Source of the DNA: Tubulanus polymorphus | Taxonomy: Eukaryota > Animalia > Nemertea | Length of the DNA: 64,000 bases | Direction: 5' to 3' | Assembly (NCBI RefSeq): GCF_964204645.1 | Contig: NC_134026.1 | Coordinates: 23,532,150-23,596,149, forward strand | Translations under genes and position numbers: made by a program | Shown here: positions 11,353 through 26,300 of the stretch, piece after piece | Layout: every line of letters begins with the position of its first letter | Numbering within the stretch: position 1 is the stretch's first letter | The notes under the pieces: model-generated | What the model was told of the DNA's origin: nothing | Seen by the model: the letters and a program-made list of their open reading frames with translations, nothing else | Database searches by the model: none

Positions 11353-14300
11353 ATGGCGGATTTAGAAGCAGTACTGGCTGATGTCAGCTATCTAATGGCT
11401 ATGGAGAAGAGTAAATCGACTCCAGCGGCCCGAGCTAGCAAGAAAATCATTTTGCCTGACCCCAGGTAGGTTAGATTTTGATACCTTGTTTCTACGAACG
11501 AAAGCAAACATCCGCAATTATGCAAATGTTCTCATTTTTCGCCCTGTTTTCGATCGTCGAGATTTCTCTCGATCCTCATCCGATCCATGTTCTTTTACCT
11601 CTAATATTTAAGCGTACGAAGTGTGATGCATAAGCATCTGGAGAAGATGGGAGAAATCACATTCGACAAAATATTCAACCAAACTATAGGTAAGTGAACG
11701 GGTGGTGGTTGTCAAGCATTTCATTGGACAGCAGTGTAGCAGCATGGCTATTGGCCCTAATTTAAATATCATAATAAACAAACTATGCCACATGTTACTG
11801 CATCCCACTTCTTGCACAGCGACATTATAATATAGATCAATTCCGATATTACCATTAACCTTGTCTAATGTTAACCCTATATTGCCATTATTGGCAAGAT
11901 TGCTATCGGGAGTTTCTTTCACAATCAACAATTTGATAACCAATTTTTAATTGTAAATAAAATGTTAGCTGAGGTATAGGCCTGTATAGTTTAGGCCTTT
12001 GTCAAACAGTTTAAAAAATGATTGATGTATTTTGACCCAATTAAGATTCAATTAATGTATAAAATCCGGGTATGAATTAATCTATTTTATTCTAAAACAC
12101 ATTTTTTAAAGTAATTTTTTTCATTTTTTCAGGTTTTTTACTTTTCAAGGATTTTTGCAATTCAGTATCAGATGAGCCTGTTCCTCAGCTAAAATTCTAT
12201 GAGGAGGTAAGTTGAAAATTAATCCCTCAGTCTCAGTGAATCTTTGACTATGGCCTATATCTATTCTAAACTGGTAGCCTACTGCCTTTGAACTGGAGTG
12301 TGAAGTAAGTTCCCCCCACATGAAAGCGTACTTTGCACTATGTCGAAAAATATCAACATGTTAGATATTTGGCGAATGGCAAAATACGCTGCAAGAATCA
12401 GCAATGTGTGCCTTTAAATAGGTTTCGTCAGTGTAGCGCTGCACACCTTGCTCGGCAATCAATTTGGTCAATAGGGAATATATTGATCGGCATAATGAAA
12501 AACTAGCAACTCTGAGTAGCTGGGTTAAGAACCCCCACATTTCTCTCGTGTAGATATTTGACTAAATACAGGCCCATGTAGCTTATACAGTCGACCCCCG
12601 ATATACCGCCCTCGGTATATCGGGGGTTCAGTGTGTGAAGTCCAGTGCTATTTCTATTGATTGTATACGGCAAGATTGATGTAGTCTACTATCGACAATA
12701 ATTCAGTTGGCAATGCATAGTGAACCTACTATGGTATTATCTGTTGAAGTAGGCCTACCTGTTTATTTACCTATTGCATTTGGCAAGTAGTTTCAGGGGT
12801 TTGTTTATATTCATGACAGGTGAATCGAAATATACCAGATTTACAATTATTATATTTTTAGACTAGGCCTAGTACATTAATTTTTAATTTTTCATTATCA
12901 TCAATACGCCATCTAATCAGCCGGATGAATTTTGCTCGTATGAAAAAAAAAACGCTTTAAAATGCAAGTGCTCAATCGGCTGCAATCGGTCTTTAGTTTC
13001 TGCACAAAATAGTGGCATTAATCATCAATATTATATAGTTACTGTTCCATGCAACTTATGTACACGTATCCCTCTTCCATATTATTTGCTTAGATTTACA
13101 TAAGGTGTACGTATAGGCTATATCTTAGATTTATACACCAGAGAACGTGCGACACACCCAGGCTATTGAGTTCTTACAGAAGGTGATTGCAATATTATAC
13201 ATACATGACTTGTTATATGTATCTCTTGTGATCCTGTCTTAATGCTTTTTTTGTTTTACCTCACACTACATAAAGAATTATGCTCTGCTACTATGCAGTC
13301 AGTGTGAGGCATTTGTAGAACACTTGTTCATATGCATGTAGGCCTATTCTGAAATGGGTAAGTAAAATAGGTTAGTTGTTACAGCTGAAGTTTTGATTTC
13401 AGAAGTCACTGTGGAGCTGTGAATTCTTTTTTGCAGCATAATTTCATCTGTGCTATCAGATATTTTTGTGAAAACAAAACAATCTACATATGCACGAAAC
13501 ATTTTTTATAAAAATTTATAATTTACGCACTAGGCCCGTGTGGCAAGTGGTAATATTTGAGTGTGATGGGGTTTCAATACATATATTGTAGGTTTATGCC
13601 TGATTGCTTAACATGTCGCTAGAGAAAAGAATGGCTGAAATTCAGATGTAGAATATCTGTTAGTCGTTGATGTGAATGGACTGTTTAGCTATTACTCTGA
13701 AAAATATTGAAAAGGAATTTGCGACTCTGTGAAAGAATTACCTAGTGTTAGGTTGTAAGTCCTCAGTATTGACTTCGATAAACTCTCTGTAACTAGCGAT
13801 ATTCTACGGACAAATCGATTATGACTTCCAGAGACAGATCACTGGAGGCAACATGTGTCCAGGAATTTCCATCCGCATAATAAATCTGCTTTGTGCGATT
13901 ACCCTACTAAATCTGCATTTATGTATGATATGGTTTATAGGGTTTGCTGTGGCCTGGCCTGGAGCTAACCTCGATATATTTGGACAAGTTGACTGGCTCA
14001 AAACTTGTTCATAGTCAGTACGAATATGTTGACCATCTTCTTGTCTCAAACTAATATTGGGAAAATGAGTCATCAAGTAGTTTTGCAAAGAAAATGTTTT
14101 CACATTCACATTCTCAATAAACAGACCACTTCACACTGGATCGAGTCCTCATCAATTTCGTGGAGTGAGAAGAGAATTCTTCTTAGAATGGATCTCATGT
14201 TACCATTCTGTGAATAGCATTTGTTATTGATTTGTACAAAATGGATCCTGTTTTTCGGCTCGTTATATATCAGCTCATACTTCCTTATCGTAACTGATGT

Positions 14301-17300
14301 AGAATGTGCGTTTCAAACTATAGCCTATTTTCCAGCATATCCATAGACGAAATATGGAAAAAAAGGAGATCTTTTTAGTTGTATTCTAGATGAGATTTAT
14401 CATGACAAGCTTATGTCAGTCCTTATATAGCCGAGAGATAGTCACCACTGCTGTTAATTGAATTATACTGAACAAATAGGAAACAGGGTTAAGTTCCACT
14501 GCGAATGGTAAAGACCCATCATCCACGACAGCCATCTGCGGTCATATTAGTGGTCAATACCAATCTGTATATTGTCATGTTCAGACCTGTTTCCTTTTCC
14601 GTGTATAATCAGTGAAGGTAACTGTTGATGATGTCCGATCTTTTCACTGCATAAATCAGTGAATTTGATGAGTGGCAGTGGTCAAATTTTCATCCCTTCA
14701 GTCTTGTATTAGTTCGGTTGAAGAAACGTCTACATGTACACTAGTTTCCTGTTAGTGACATGTAGCAGACTTATTTGTACACTTCCGTCATTGGAATTGG
14801 CTGGGCTAATGGCCCAGTCACAAACATCCCCTCTTATATCTTGTTTTTGTCTGAAGTAATTGACATTTTGGATGATGTCAATGGTTTTTATAATGTCACA
14901 TACCGTCAGGAACAACAACAGAACGTTCTCGAAGATGGAGATATTCTTCATATGCGTACACTTCATTTCTATATTGAGCTTGGTGTGATGATCCCCACCC
15001 ATGAGGTTAACAATCAGTTTGTGTCCTGGGGTAACAGTCTAAGGTTGAATTTGTGAGCATTCAGTTAAATGCGGAGGGTAATTACCATGTTTTGTACTAT
15101 TGTTTCAACAAAACTTTTGGGGGCTCATCTTTGGCAAGGATGAAAAAAAACGTGAACATTTCTGAAATGTAATTTTCCATGTGAAATTTTTTTGAAAATT
15201 TTTTTGAAAATTCTCGTCAGAAAATTCCCATGTAGTTTCTCTGTAGGCTGTGTATTTTGATTTATCTCTGGGCTCTGTTTGTACTTGCACATGTTCATCT
15301 AGTCAAGTGTGAGTCATTGATTAGTGTACCCTAATTACGTGTCAAAATTTTTACATTCGTAAAAGTGGAAAATGGTAGGCTAATGTGAAAAAAATGAAAA
15401 TTGAATCTTCTCATCCTTGCTCTAGCAGGTGTCTCTCATGGTACGGCTGGTTTTGCAGCCACATCCCTCCCACCACTAAGCTCTACGAGTATCTGGATCT
15501 CATGTAGTATTAGGGATGTCCTGCATGTTATGGTTATGGTTGAACTGTTTTCGCGTACGAAGAGACCATAGAACGTTGGTGTTTATTCTTGGCGAAAGAG
15601 AAAGAGTACTCGATCATATGTGCATATAGGCTGCTGTAAATAGCGCCAGGAATGCATGTATACTATTTGCCTGTAGGATACCATCTATCAGATCGCAAAT
15701 TCTTCATACCCAGTTAAATATCAATGATAGGAACTCATCCAGCTGACTTATTTGTTGACATTGCATTATCTGTCATTACTCAATCATATTGTTCATCACC
15801 GCTAAGTCATCGGTGTATGCATTATCGAGATTTCTGGGATATTCTTCTTTTCTATGTATCTGATGCCAATGCCAGAGTATCAATCGGAGTAGATAGTCTA
15901 ACTCCCCTCGGTCGGGTTATTATCTATCTAATATTGGATGTGTCGATGTCTACAATCTTATATTCATTCGATATTACTGTTGATATGTTTACTTCAACCT
16001 CATTGGAAGCCTGTCATAAACAGGTGACAGTTGATGTGGATGCGCCGGAAGATGAGCACTTCTCTAGCCGTAGCATATCGCCTTGAATAGTGTGCAGGCT
16101 GATCAATACATCTAGCGGCAAGATATTGAATGGTTTGGACAGTTCGATGGAAGAAAGTGGTTCAACCTCTTAATGGGATTCAATATTGTTAGTATCAGGA
16201 GGGATTTCTGATTCCTGCAGTTTCGCAGAGCTTATATTCAGCATGACCTGTTACATTTAAGTATTGCCGAATCTAGGAATTGTGGCTCAATCATTTGCAG
16301 GAATTCGCATGGTTATTCCTGAACCATTCTTTCTCTCTTATAGTAAATTAGAAAACATTGGATATGACTGGACTTGATTTCCTAATAGCATCTTTCGTGG
16401 TAACCATGTCACTATTTTAAACCTCTTTCCACTTGATTAAAACTCAACCATAAGGGGAAGCCATGGTTATGGCCTACGGGCGGAACAAAATATATTTACA
16501 GAAGTAGGAAATATTATAAATCCGAGGATGATATGCACCTGATTTTTACCATTGTGCTAATGCCCTCAACACGTACCCAGATCATGCTGCTAGGTGATGC
16601 CATTATACCACATTTAGCTGGTTTTTACTATGAAAATGGACCGATATGATCTTATTGGTTTGGTGTAATAATAATATCGCGTATTTCATCAATCGGTGGT
16701 TAAATGTGTTCATTCCGTTGCATACTCTGTATAGCAGTTAATTGATGGACAAGGTGGTTGTATTTATTTACTACGGTGTTCATACAACATGCAATTATTA
16801 TTCTCTTATGAACAGCTGGAACTGCATTTCTTTACCGGTTGGAATTTACCTGTGAAACTGATGTGTTCAATGCTATATTACTCGGGCCTAAAAATAACTG
16901 ATTGTTTTGAATTCAATTAGTAAACGTTATTGTAAGAAAATGACTAAATGTTATATGTCTCAAAGACAATTTGGCTGGACAAGTTGACACATGATATATC
17001 CCAAAGCTTCTAAGGATGAACCATGGAAATTGGAACCTTGTGATTTCTCATCCCCAATATGGTGGGGTGAACGGCTACAGTGCCTACGCGTAGGATTAAA
17101 AGTTTCAGGTCCATGTTGCACCATTCATTATGAAACCGTGGCAAAGAAAATCATTTGATCATCTCCAACAGACGATGGTGGTTAGGTAGTTAGTGAACTA
17201 GAAATATCAGTACCTGCCAGGTTGCCGCTGGTTGTAATCATAGTGCATCTCATTCCAACTGTTTCACTACAAGAAGCATTCAAATCTGAAACCAACAAAT

Positions 17301-20300
17301 CACTGTAGTTCAGGATTGTTATGACCTTCGGCGTAAGAGTAAATGCAAGCGCAAACTGAAAGCTATAATTGATCACCCCAATGTCACTTAATGATGACTT
17401 TTTGTGTTACATCCATTAGTAATTTTGAAAAGTTTAGCCTGAATTATGTGGAATACTATGAACCGGCAGGATATACGTATTCAAGATTGAGCAAAGATTT
17501 TTACTATAACTGCAATCCTTCGATCTCCGTGTGCTGTCAGAGTCGGTCACATAGTTAGATTAATAGTATTAGGTTTTGAAAATGCAATGTGTTCATAGAT
17601 AAATCATGGTAAATGATACAAAAGTGTTTGTGATGGCAGTAATATCTTGTATGTGTGAAACTTGCGTATAATAGCGTGTATGCTGCGGCAGAGCGTTCAT
17701 CGGGTCTATTTCCCAATCATAATATGGAATTTCTGTTTTTAAATTGAATGGTGCGGAGAACAGCGTAATGAAAATATCTTTCAGCCTGTAGGGTGTTGGT
17801 CGGGGAGAGCGTGTTGTATATTGTATCAGTGGGAGTCATAAATCTTTTTACGAGGACATTCAACAAAAGCCTGCGAACAATAAAACTCGAATAATGACTC
17901 CCCAATTTCAGAGCGTTCCCCGTGAAATTCCATCTTACACCTGAAGAGTTATTCAGTGATTCATTGCGAGATTATCGAAAATCACGTTCACGTTTCGATC
18001 AGTGATTGATGATAAGTCAGTGTTCGGACTGTTCGAATTCTTTTTCTATCAATTTGCCGAACACTTTTTACGTGTTTGTTCTAAATCTCGGATAAAGTCG
18101 TATTTTTTTGTAAACGATGAACCATCTTAGCCGAATAGAAAGCTGAGATTGTCTAGTGTTTTCTCGGGATATCGTTTGTGGCGGCGTGTTTTTTGAACTA
18201 CGTATTCATTCTAAATTTGGTCTTAAGTGAGGATTAAGATATTTCGCTTTTCTATTTTGATCGGCTACGTTGATGTATCTTGTCGTCATTTTAGTTTTGG
18301 CATAGCTTTGTTTTGGTTTTGGAACAGCTTTACATTTTCAGCGTTTGTATAGATTGACATCAGAAATAGTTAATGACTGCTGAGAGGATAGCATCTTAAT
18401 TGAAAGTAATTATTTTCAAATATCGATCTTTCTACTCTAGGCCTATATTCATTACCATGGAGCAAGCCTCTAATTTCCGTTCGATTTTTGTTTGTGAGGA
18501 ATAAGATTATCCAAACAGCTGGATATGTAGAAGCATAAGGAAATGTATTTTGACAATGGTATTGTGATAAATAGTTCATTCGCTGATTGACCAAATGGTT
18601 TTCCAACTGCAGGATAGATGTCATGGGTATTTCTCAATACCGGCTACTCTGAGGTAATGCTCATGATGGGTTTAGATGTCTCCATAAGATTTTTTAACTG
18701 AAATACTTTCAATCATCAATGCTTTCCCGCTTTAAATGGTGAAACCAACAAATTTCTGTATCTGGTTCAGCCTGTCCCAGTACAGTGTTGAAAGTCCTAT
18801 TAGAACTTGGAGGACATCTTGTTATTGTCTTTTTCTAATTTATGCAGACCATCATTATTAGCAGTTTGTACGAGGAGTAGCAGTTTGTATGAGTAGTGTA
18901 TATAGTATATCTCGTTAAGAGAATTTCCTGGCATCTAATTATCATTTGAAAACTGTTTGTAACTGCCGGTATTTTTATGGCTTTGAACATTTTTAGACGT
19001 TTATTTTTTTTCCGTCATGAGTCGATTTCATTGGTTCACTTACGAGATGTTTCCATGGTTGCACAAGGATTTATGTTTGCATAAAACGAATCAACAATTC
19101 TAGAATAAATGGAGTAAATATTTGATGAATTCTCCATAGAAATGAAACCAGTTACAATTAATACAAAAGTGGGTTATCCGTTCTCCGTCATTGTGTTTGT
19201 TTTCGATTATTTTATGACAACTTTTAGATGAATATTGAGTCTTCCAGAGAGCTGTTGTTTTTTGGCGTAGCCTAGTTCGCTGACGTTAGGTTGTGCGTAA
19301 CTAATAATGATTTATATCGTATTTACCTTCAGAAGCTTATTAGACGAAGACTTGAATACAACTTTTGCTTCTGTGGTTCATCGACAAGAATTTTCAATTT
19401 AATGTTGAAAAATTGTATTTCATCTCAGATATATACTTGATGAAGAGACAAACTTTTATGTAGACCAAAAATACCAGGAGCTCAGCCTTTTAAACGTGGA
19501 AAGATGTCATCATTAACTGTGTCCTCATTGTATAATTTCCTGATGCCGTCATTCATAATTCATATTTTCTAGTTCACCTATATTTTCTGCATATTCAGCC
19601 TATCACTTGATTCAGCATATCAGCACTTCAGTCGATATTCCATGTTTCTTGTTTCATCTGCGGCTGCTGCTCTCCGATGTTGCAACCACCCAAGATGAAC
19701 TGTTCACTGATCACTTTATCATTTCGTAGATCAACTCCACATGCCCACTTTCAGTAAGAGATCAAGTAGAATTCTAAATATCACCTTATTGGGTTATTGT
19801 CTTTCCGTGAACTATCAATTGGATCATGAAGTTGATTATATCATCCATGGTTATATGAGTAGATTTAAAAACATAGAAATTTGAAGACATAATGAGAGGA
19901 AAACATTGAAGATTCTGTATCATTCTTTTAACGTTGCTTTTCCAATGTTTGTTCAAATTCTCAGAGACAGAATTGTTGGGTATAGACTGAGGATGGTCAT
20001 TAATGGGAATTAAGTAATCTATACAGAAAATTGACCGGCACTGGTCTAATGGAATGGGTGACCGATTAGAATAAAGACATTCATCAACGTGCCTGAACAG
20101 ACTCCACGTTGTGGGAAGATTCAGATCTTAACACTCGATTTCACAATCCATTCTCATACTGTCCCCACGTGCAACGGAACCTGTGACAAATCTCTCGGGT
20201 CTCGAGAATCAATTAACGATTCTGTGTTAACGATCTAGTTGTCTTAACGATTATCTGGACGTCTGAAACTTCGCAAATATTGATCTAGATGCGAATAAAT

Positions 20301-23300
20301 CGTCGTCGCGCCCTCCTCCCAGGTTGCGTACTGACAGATTTTCAATAGCCTTCATTGACACGAGTGTAAGTCGTGGCATGATGTAAATTAGTGATGGATA
20401 TCTAACTCAGTGTAGCCACATTAATGATGATATTAGCGTTGATTATAAAGTATTGTATCAATCGAATGACGAGCCGCATCCTGCGATGTCTGAGAGACCG
20501 CGCAGACCCGCAACAACTTTGAGATCATTGATACTCATTGATTTTTTTCAAGCTCCTAATCTACTTGTTGCCATGGTGATGTCGGGTTGCCTGAACATAA
20601 AGTAGATGTGGAGTTTTTGTTGTAAAACGCGGTAATGATGCGGTGGAGGATTTTATCTCGTCACTCGGGTATCGCCCCTACCCTGAACTCATAAACGTCA
20701 AATACATATATTATAACTACTGGAGCTTAACATTGTTGTTTATATATATTCAATTCTCTCTTTCATTCTATTTAAACTGCGCGGATGTTATTCTATATTT
20801 CAGTTTCATCTATTTATGATTTATGTCCATCTTCTTCAATTACTGCTATCAGTGAGAAAGCTTCGTGCTCGCGCAAATAATGCATTTATCCATATTTAGT
20901 GATATATTCTTGATTTTCTCATGGTCATTTTTTACCAAGATATTTGTCCCAAGTATTAACTGTAGCTGATAGATATTGACTGAACTGCTCGTTATATCAT
21001 GAAGTCCTGGGCTTGTCTTATATAATAGGTTTTTTTTTTAATATGTATATTCTCATTTCTGGAGGACTCGCTTATCACTGAATGGCAATTAATTGTGTCT
21101 TATATAATTTCAATTTATTTCATTCGGAAAATCCAGCGGTATTAATGTGCTTGTTGTGATCCATAATTACCTGACTGTAACCTCTGGTAAAGTGTTAAGA
21201 AGAAGATATTGTATTCATATTTTTTCCCTTCTAATCTAACATCACTCGGTTTTGTCGTTTTGTCATCAATAAAGCCGTGCTGCTCGGCCGAGTCGTTATA
21301 TCTATTATTCAAGCCATGTCCAGAAGCAAGTCAATTTCAGACACTTCATGCATCACATTTACATTGCGTCGAACTACATCGTAGCGCACTCAACCATGAA
21401 ATCATTCTGCTGATAAAACTGCTTCCCCCCATTGTCTTAGGTCTTTCCCGAATTAATTAATCGTATAACGGACACATGATGTTTTTGCTAGAATACCTGT
21501 TTTATTTAGTCGATGTACATACTAGTATTAGACCAGGGTTTCCAGCAGTCCTCCCGAGTCCTTCTTTGTCCTTCTTTTGGAAAAAGTTTGGACAAACATC
21601 ATCTTTGTCCTTCTTTTTGACTCTGAGTCCTTCCTTTTGATAAAAAAGTCCTTCAAAATTTGATTTCTATGTATTTTTGCCCCCAATTTTGTCGCCAATT
21701 CGACTGTTGAAGTATTTCATTACTCAGTAACTGGTAATTACTGGTAATTCAATTATCAGTAAGATTGAATCTACAGGAAAGTGTTATGGAATTACCCTAA
21801 AATATATGACTGGTCTACATGACAAGTATTCAGGCAAAGGCATTGCAAAAATGCTCCTTTATGGGCCCTCATTTTACTGGAAAGTACATATTTCCGAGTC
21901 AAAAAGTCCATCCTTTTGGGTCTAAAATTGCCGAAAAAGTCCTTCCTAGTACTTCTTTTTACCCCTGGCCTTATCACTGGAAACCCTGTAGACCATCTTG
22001 AAGAAGGGTTTGGGGGGTTGGACGTTAGGCTGGTATTGTAGCTAAAATACCTGTTTTATTTTATTCGAGGTATTTACTAGTATCAGACCATCTTGAAGTG
22101 GGTTAACGTTAGGCTCGTATCGTAGCTAGAATACCTGTTTTATTTAGTCGAGGTATTTACTAGTATCAGACCATCTTGAAGAAGTGTTGGGGGAGGGGGT
22201 GAATGTTAGGCTTGTATAGTTTGATGTGTTGGAGTGTGTGCATTCTCTATTACCTCACATGAGTCGCTTTCAGCGTGTTCATAATACTTTTGATTTGATT
22301 ATGCAGCGTACGAAATGACAATTTACGTGCTTGCAATTCACCATCGCTTCGCCTGCCTCCTCGGAGGGCTTTTCTAATTGAATTTAATCAGCCTGTTCTT
22401 GGCTGCGGTTTGATGAATTAGAATATTTAGGTGTAATTAAAATCTTTTATGTCGTGTTGCATCATTTAAGGCTTCGTCGTATTTATAGTACAATTCTGTC
22501 GTCTGAGAAAAAAATGTGTGTATATGCGTGTATTCGTATTTACCGTAAGGCTTCATTGATTCGAACTACGCTTACCCCGATATGTCGATGGCACAGATTT
22601 AGACGTTGAATAACGAAAAAATCAAACATTGCCGCAAACCAGAACTGTCGTAGTGAAAACATGATGAACACCGATGGTGACACATGGCGATATAAGATGA
22701 GATGACAAATCCTGCCATAAATTGTTTTGTAACATGAGTTGAGAATGCCTGTGGACGAAGTAACACCATTTGTAGCATACCTGTAAATGCCTCCTGGAAT
22801 ATGTTGCTGTTTATTGTAACAGGATGACTTTTTTTATTTTCATTATCGGTATTCCTGGTTGTGGTTTGCTTCTAGCTAGACGTGAATGGGTTTTTTATTC
22901 TCATTCACCGCGGCTCAATGATATTATCGTCAATGGTCTGGTGCTGGAAAATAATGCGGAGATGTCTGCGATTATCGGAGCTTCGGAGCTCGGCCAATCT
23001 GTGATATTCAGTCTACAGAGCGAGATCGTTTGTACCTCGAGCATGAGAGGTTGGCTAATATTCTTGTATTCGAAGATGTCGGTGAATGTACGCAAGCATG
23101 TGAACTCGAAACATGTTCTTACTGCTGAACTGAACCGTCTATGTAGTAGGTATAGCTGCTTCTACTGATCTTCAGTTCGGCTACAGCAGATTATTTATAC
23201 GTTTTCCAATATAATTCCGTCAACTGATTCTAGCCTTAATCGATCAATCGGTCAGTGGCTCGAAATATGGATCTTCAAGGTGCTTTTTCATGATCCACGA

Positions 23301-26300
23301 GTGGTTGGTGTAGCCGCTTCCTTTATTGCACATTTATTTCTTTTTCAAATCTGACAATGTCAAATAAATGTAAGATTTTGATTTATGGAAAATGTGCTTA
23401 TATTTATGGGAAGATGCTTGCTTGGGAAGATGCTGGTATTATTCGGGCATTCATTGGTGGAACCACATTATGGCAAATAATTACAGTCGTGAAATCGCAT
23501 TTAATTCGCAGTTGGTTGTATAGTAGCACCCATAGCTGGTGATTGGCAGGATACACGATTTCCGATGTCTGTACTCTGGGGCGGTTAGAGGAATTTACCG
23601 TGTATGTGACTTATAATACAAAGAATTACTGAAATGTTGTCCTGTTTATCACAATTCATTGATCGTAGAGCTATAATGTAACTCGGCAATTTTGAATTCA
23701 AGCAAGTTTCACCGGGTTGCCTTCATTTACGGTGTACTTAGGTCCAAAAATCAACAAACTTGTTGGAATCAGTCATACACAGGATCCAATCTAGCTTCAC
23801 TAATATGAAAATTAGCCCACATATTTATGTCCAATTTGATCTAGGTTTAAAAGACAACTCATCTGATCGATTTCTGGGAAAACTAATGATTTATGATGTG
23901 AATTTTTGACGGGTCCATAAGTCATGGCCATGGTCGTAGAATCACATGCTACTGACTCTAAATCATTCCTATAATGCACGAATACGGAGTCGCTCTTAGT
24001 TATTTGATATTGCCTTGAAATTTCCTGTTCTTCAAGAATCCGCGTCATATTAGCAGTTACTGTATAGCATGAAATAATGGACACCGGACTACTTCTGAGA
24101 CTCACTCAGGGCGATCGAATGACTCTTCGCTTTGTCAATTTAAGATAATGACATTATTTTACGTTTTCAATAATTCATATGCTGCCGCTCACCACGAACA
24201 TATGGATATTGTTGTTGTTCGTGTTTATATATATATATATTCAAATTGTATTTGATTAACAGGTTTAGGTTTCATAGAAGCATCTGCCCCTATTGATCTG
24301 CTTGTACTGAAAAAATAGATACCAGTATTACCATGGACAATACATTGATTCTTATATGAATCCTAGGTCCGTGTATTCATTGATGGACACTATGTCCCGT
24401 ATCGTTATGCTTTAGGTTAGACATCCATTGACTTCATGTTATTGGACATCAATTTGAGACGAGGATAAACTTCTACATAGATCATGCAGGGCCACCTCCA
24501 GAGAAAAGGTTGAAGATAAAGGTGTAGGGCTTAAGCCCACTCTTTCGCTGTAAATCTGCATCATTTCATGTTTTTATCAAACCAGGTGAAATGAATTATC
24601 TAATAGTCATCATCATAGGTATGATGACATTATTCAACTTCCTTGCATGGACCAGGAAATTCCAGCGCTGATGCTGGTCGCAATGACAACTTTAGATTTT
24701 GCGCGCCGAAATAATGAACAGTCATCGTTGATATAGTTTGAGCGTGTATATGCTGTGTATGATCGAGTCAGTTCACGTAACAATTGCCATTAGAAGACTA
24801 CGCACGACGCATATAAAACACTAACAATCATCTTTAAACATTGAAATAGCCTTCGCTTCAGTAAGATTTCAGTCGAAATCTCTGATGATATTTGTGTCGT
24901 TTATCGAGCGACATTCATCTATTTTGACTGATTCGGTGACTGTTGGTACATTTCGCAGTTTCACTGCGATGAAATGGAAAGATGAATTATGGTTTAGTCG
25001 ACACGGTCATATCTAAGCGATTGTTTATAACTGTTGCCATTTATAAAGATGTATTTCAGCGAGTGTCGGTCACTATTTGGAAAGATGCTGCCGGTTATAG
25101 CTAATATTCACTGGTAACTATTGTCTAACTGTGATGTTACCTAGCAACCGTATTATCATGTTAATCCTGTATGATATGCAGAGGTGTAGGCTACAAGTTC
25201 TTATCATACGTCAATATTCCGAAAATATCGGCTCCAAGATTACCTTCATTAAGTTCATATATGGAAACAAATTAATAGATCTGAAATTAATCAATTCTTA
25301 TGAGGATTTTACGTCCTACTTGTAGTATCATATGTATATTTATAGCTGAATAACCTTTCAATAGATTATGGATCATATTTTTTTCCTTCCTATTTTAGAT
25401 AGGGGGAAAATAACAATACTGTTACTGTGCAGCGTAGTTACCATAGCGACAAAATGCATTGTGAAGAATATGTTGATAGGATTTCAGTAGCAGTCTCTCT
25501 CTAAGTAGGATTGTACAAATGTTAGCGTTGCCTTCGAAAATGTATTTCAGATACATTGATAATTCTATCAGCGGGCTTATTGCATTATAAGAATTCCATT
25601 ACATTTTATTGATAAAAGAGAAAATGTCAATTTTGTTGGTTTATGGAACGTTATTTTGTTGTATTGACCTGCTGAAAATAGTAGAGAAGCTTTTTACTCG
25701 AACAGCATTTTATGTAGCTGTTCGCGATGTTATCGCTGTCTTGACTGGTTGCTAGCCAGAAATAGTCTGATTATCAAACTCTTGCACAATACCTTCCTTT
25801 ATTGTATTAAACTAACTAGCTGTAAGTCTACTACTGCCTGTATCTTCATGATTGGTTATTAGAAAATGCCTTGTTTATACTTTCTTCAGTAAATTTAGAA
25901 GAGACTGTTTTTAGCAGAGAGAATTAGAAGCTCAATGATATTGATGATGACAGCGGCTATAACGATCAGGCTGGTGTAGACAACCGGAGACTGGAACAAA
26001 TGAAACGAAATAAAGAGATCCTTAACTCCAGCATGACAGCTTCCATAGATAAATGGCACTTGTGGGGGGGGGGGGGGATTTTGCATAATCAGATCAATAT
26101 TGAGGTGATATCATTATTTGAGAATGATATCTAGTCACTAACTACAGTAGTAGCCACATATTTGATTGGAACAATAAACCTAACAACAGTGTTAACTCCA
26201 TGAATATTGGTCATTACGAGAAGTGTAGGGCTAAAGCTTATTCCTTATACATAGGAAAGTCTGCATAGCTGTGGGCTAGTTGCGTAGTTTGTTTGCACGA

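Noticed and set aside
13819-16086. ORFs of 60-120 aa in GRK2 intron 3, suggesting a nested gene
   Set aside because: No recognisable domain, overlapping ORFs on both strands, and no consistent chain of splice sites. A BLASTx hit or spliced reads would overturn this.
21487-22217. Repeat with variable intervening sequence, superficially CRISPR-like
   Set aside because: Eukaryotic intron; the units are whole tandem duplicates with one MITE insertion, and there are no cas genes.
22824-24105. Further ORFs in the large intron
   Set aside because: No homology recognisable by eye and no transposase or reverse-transcriptase motifs.
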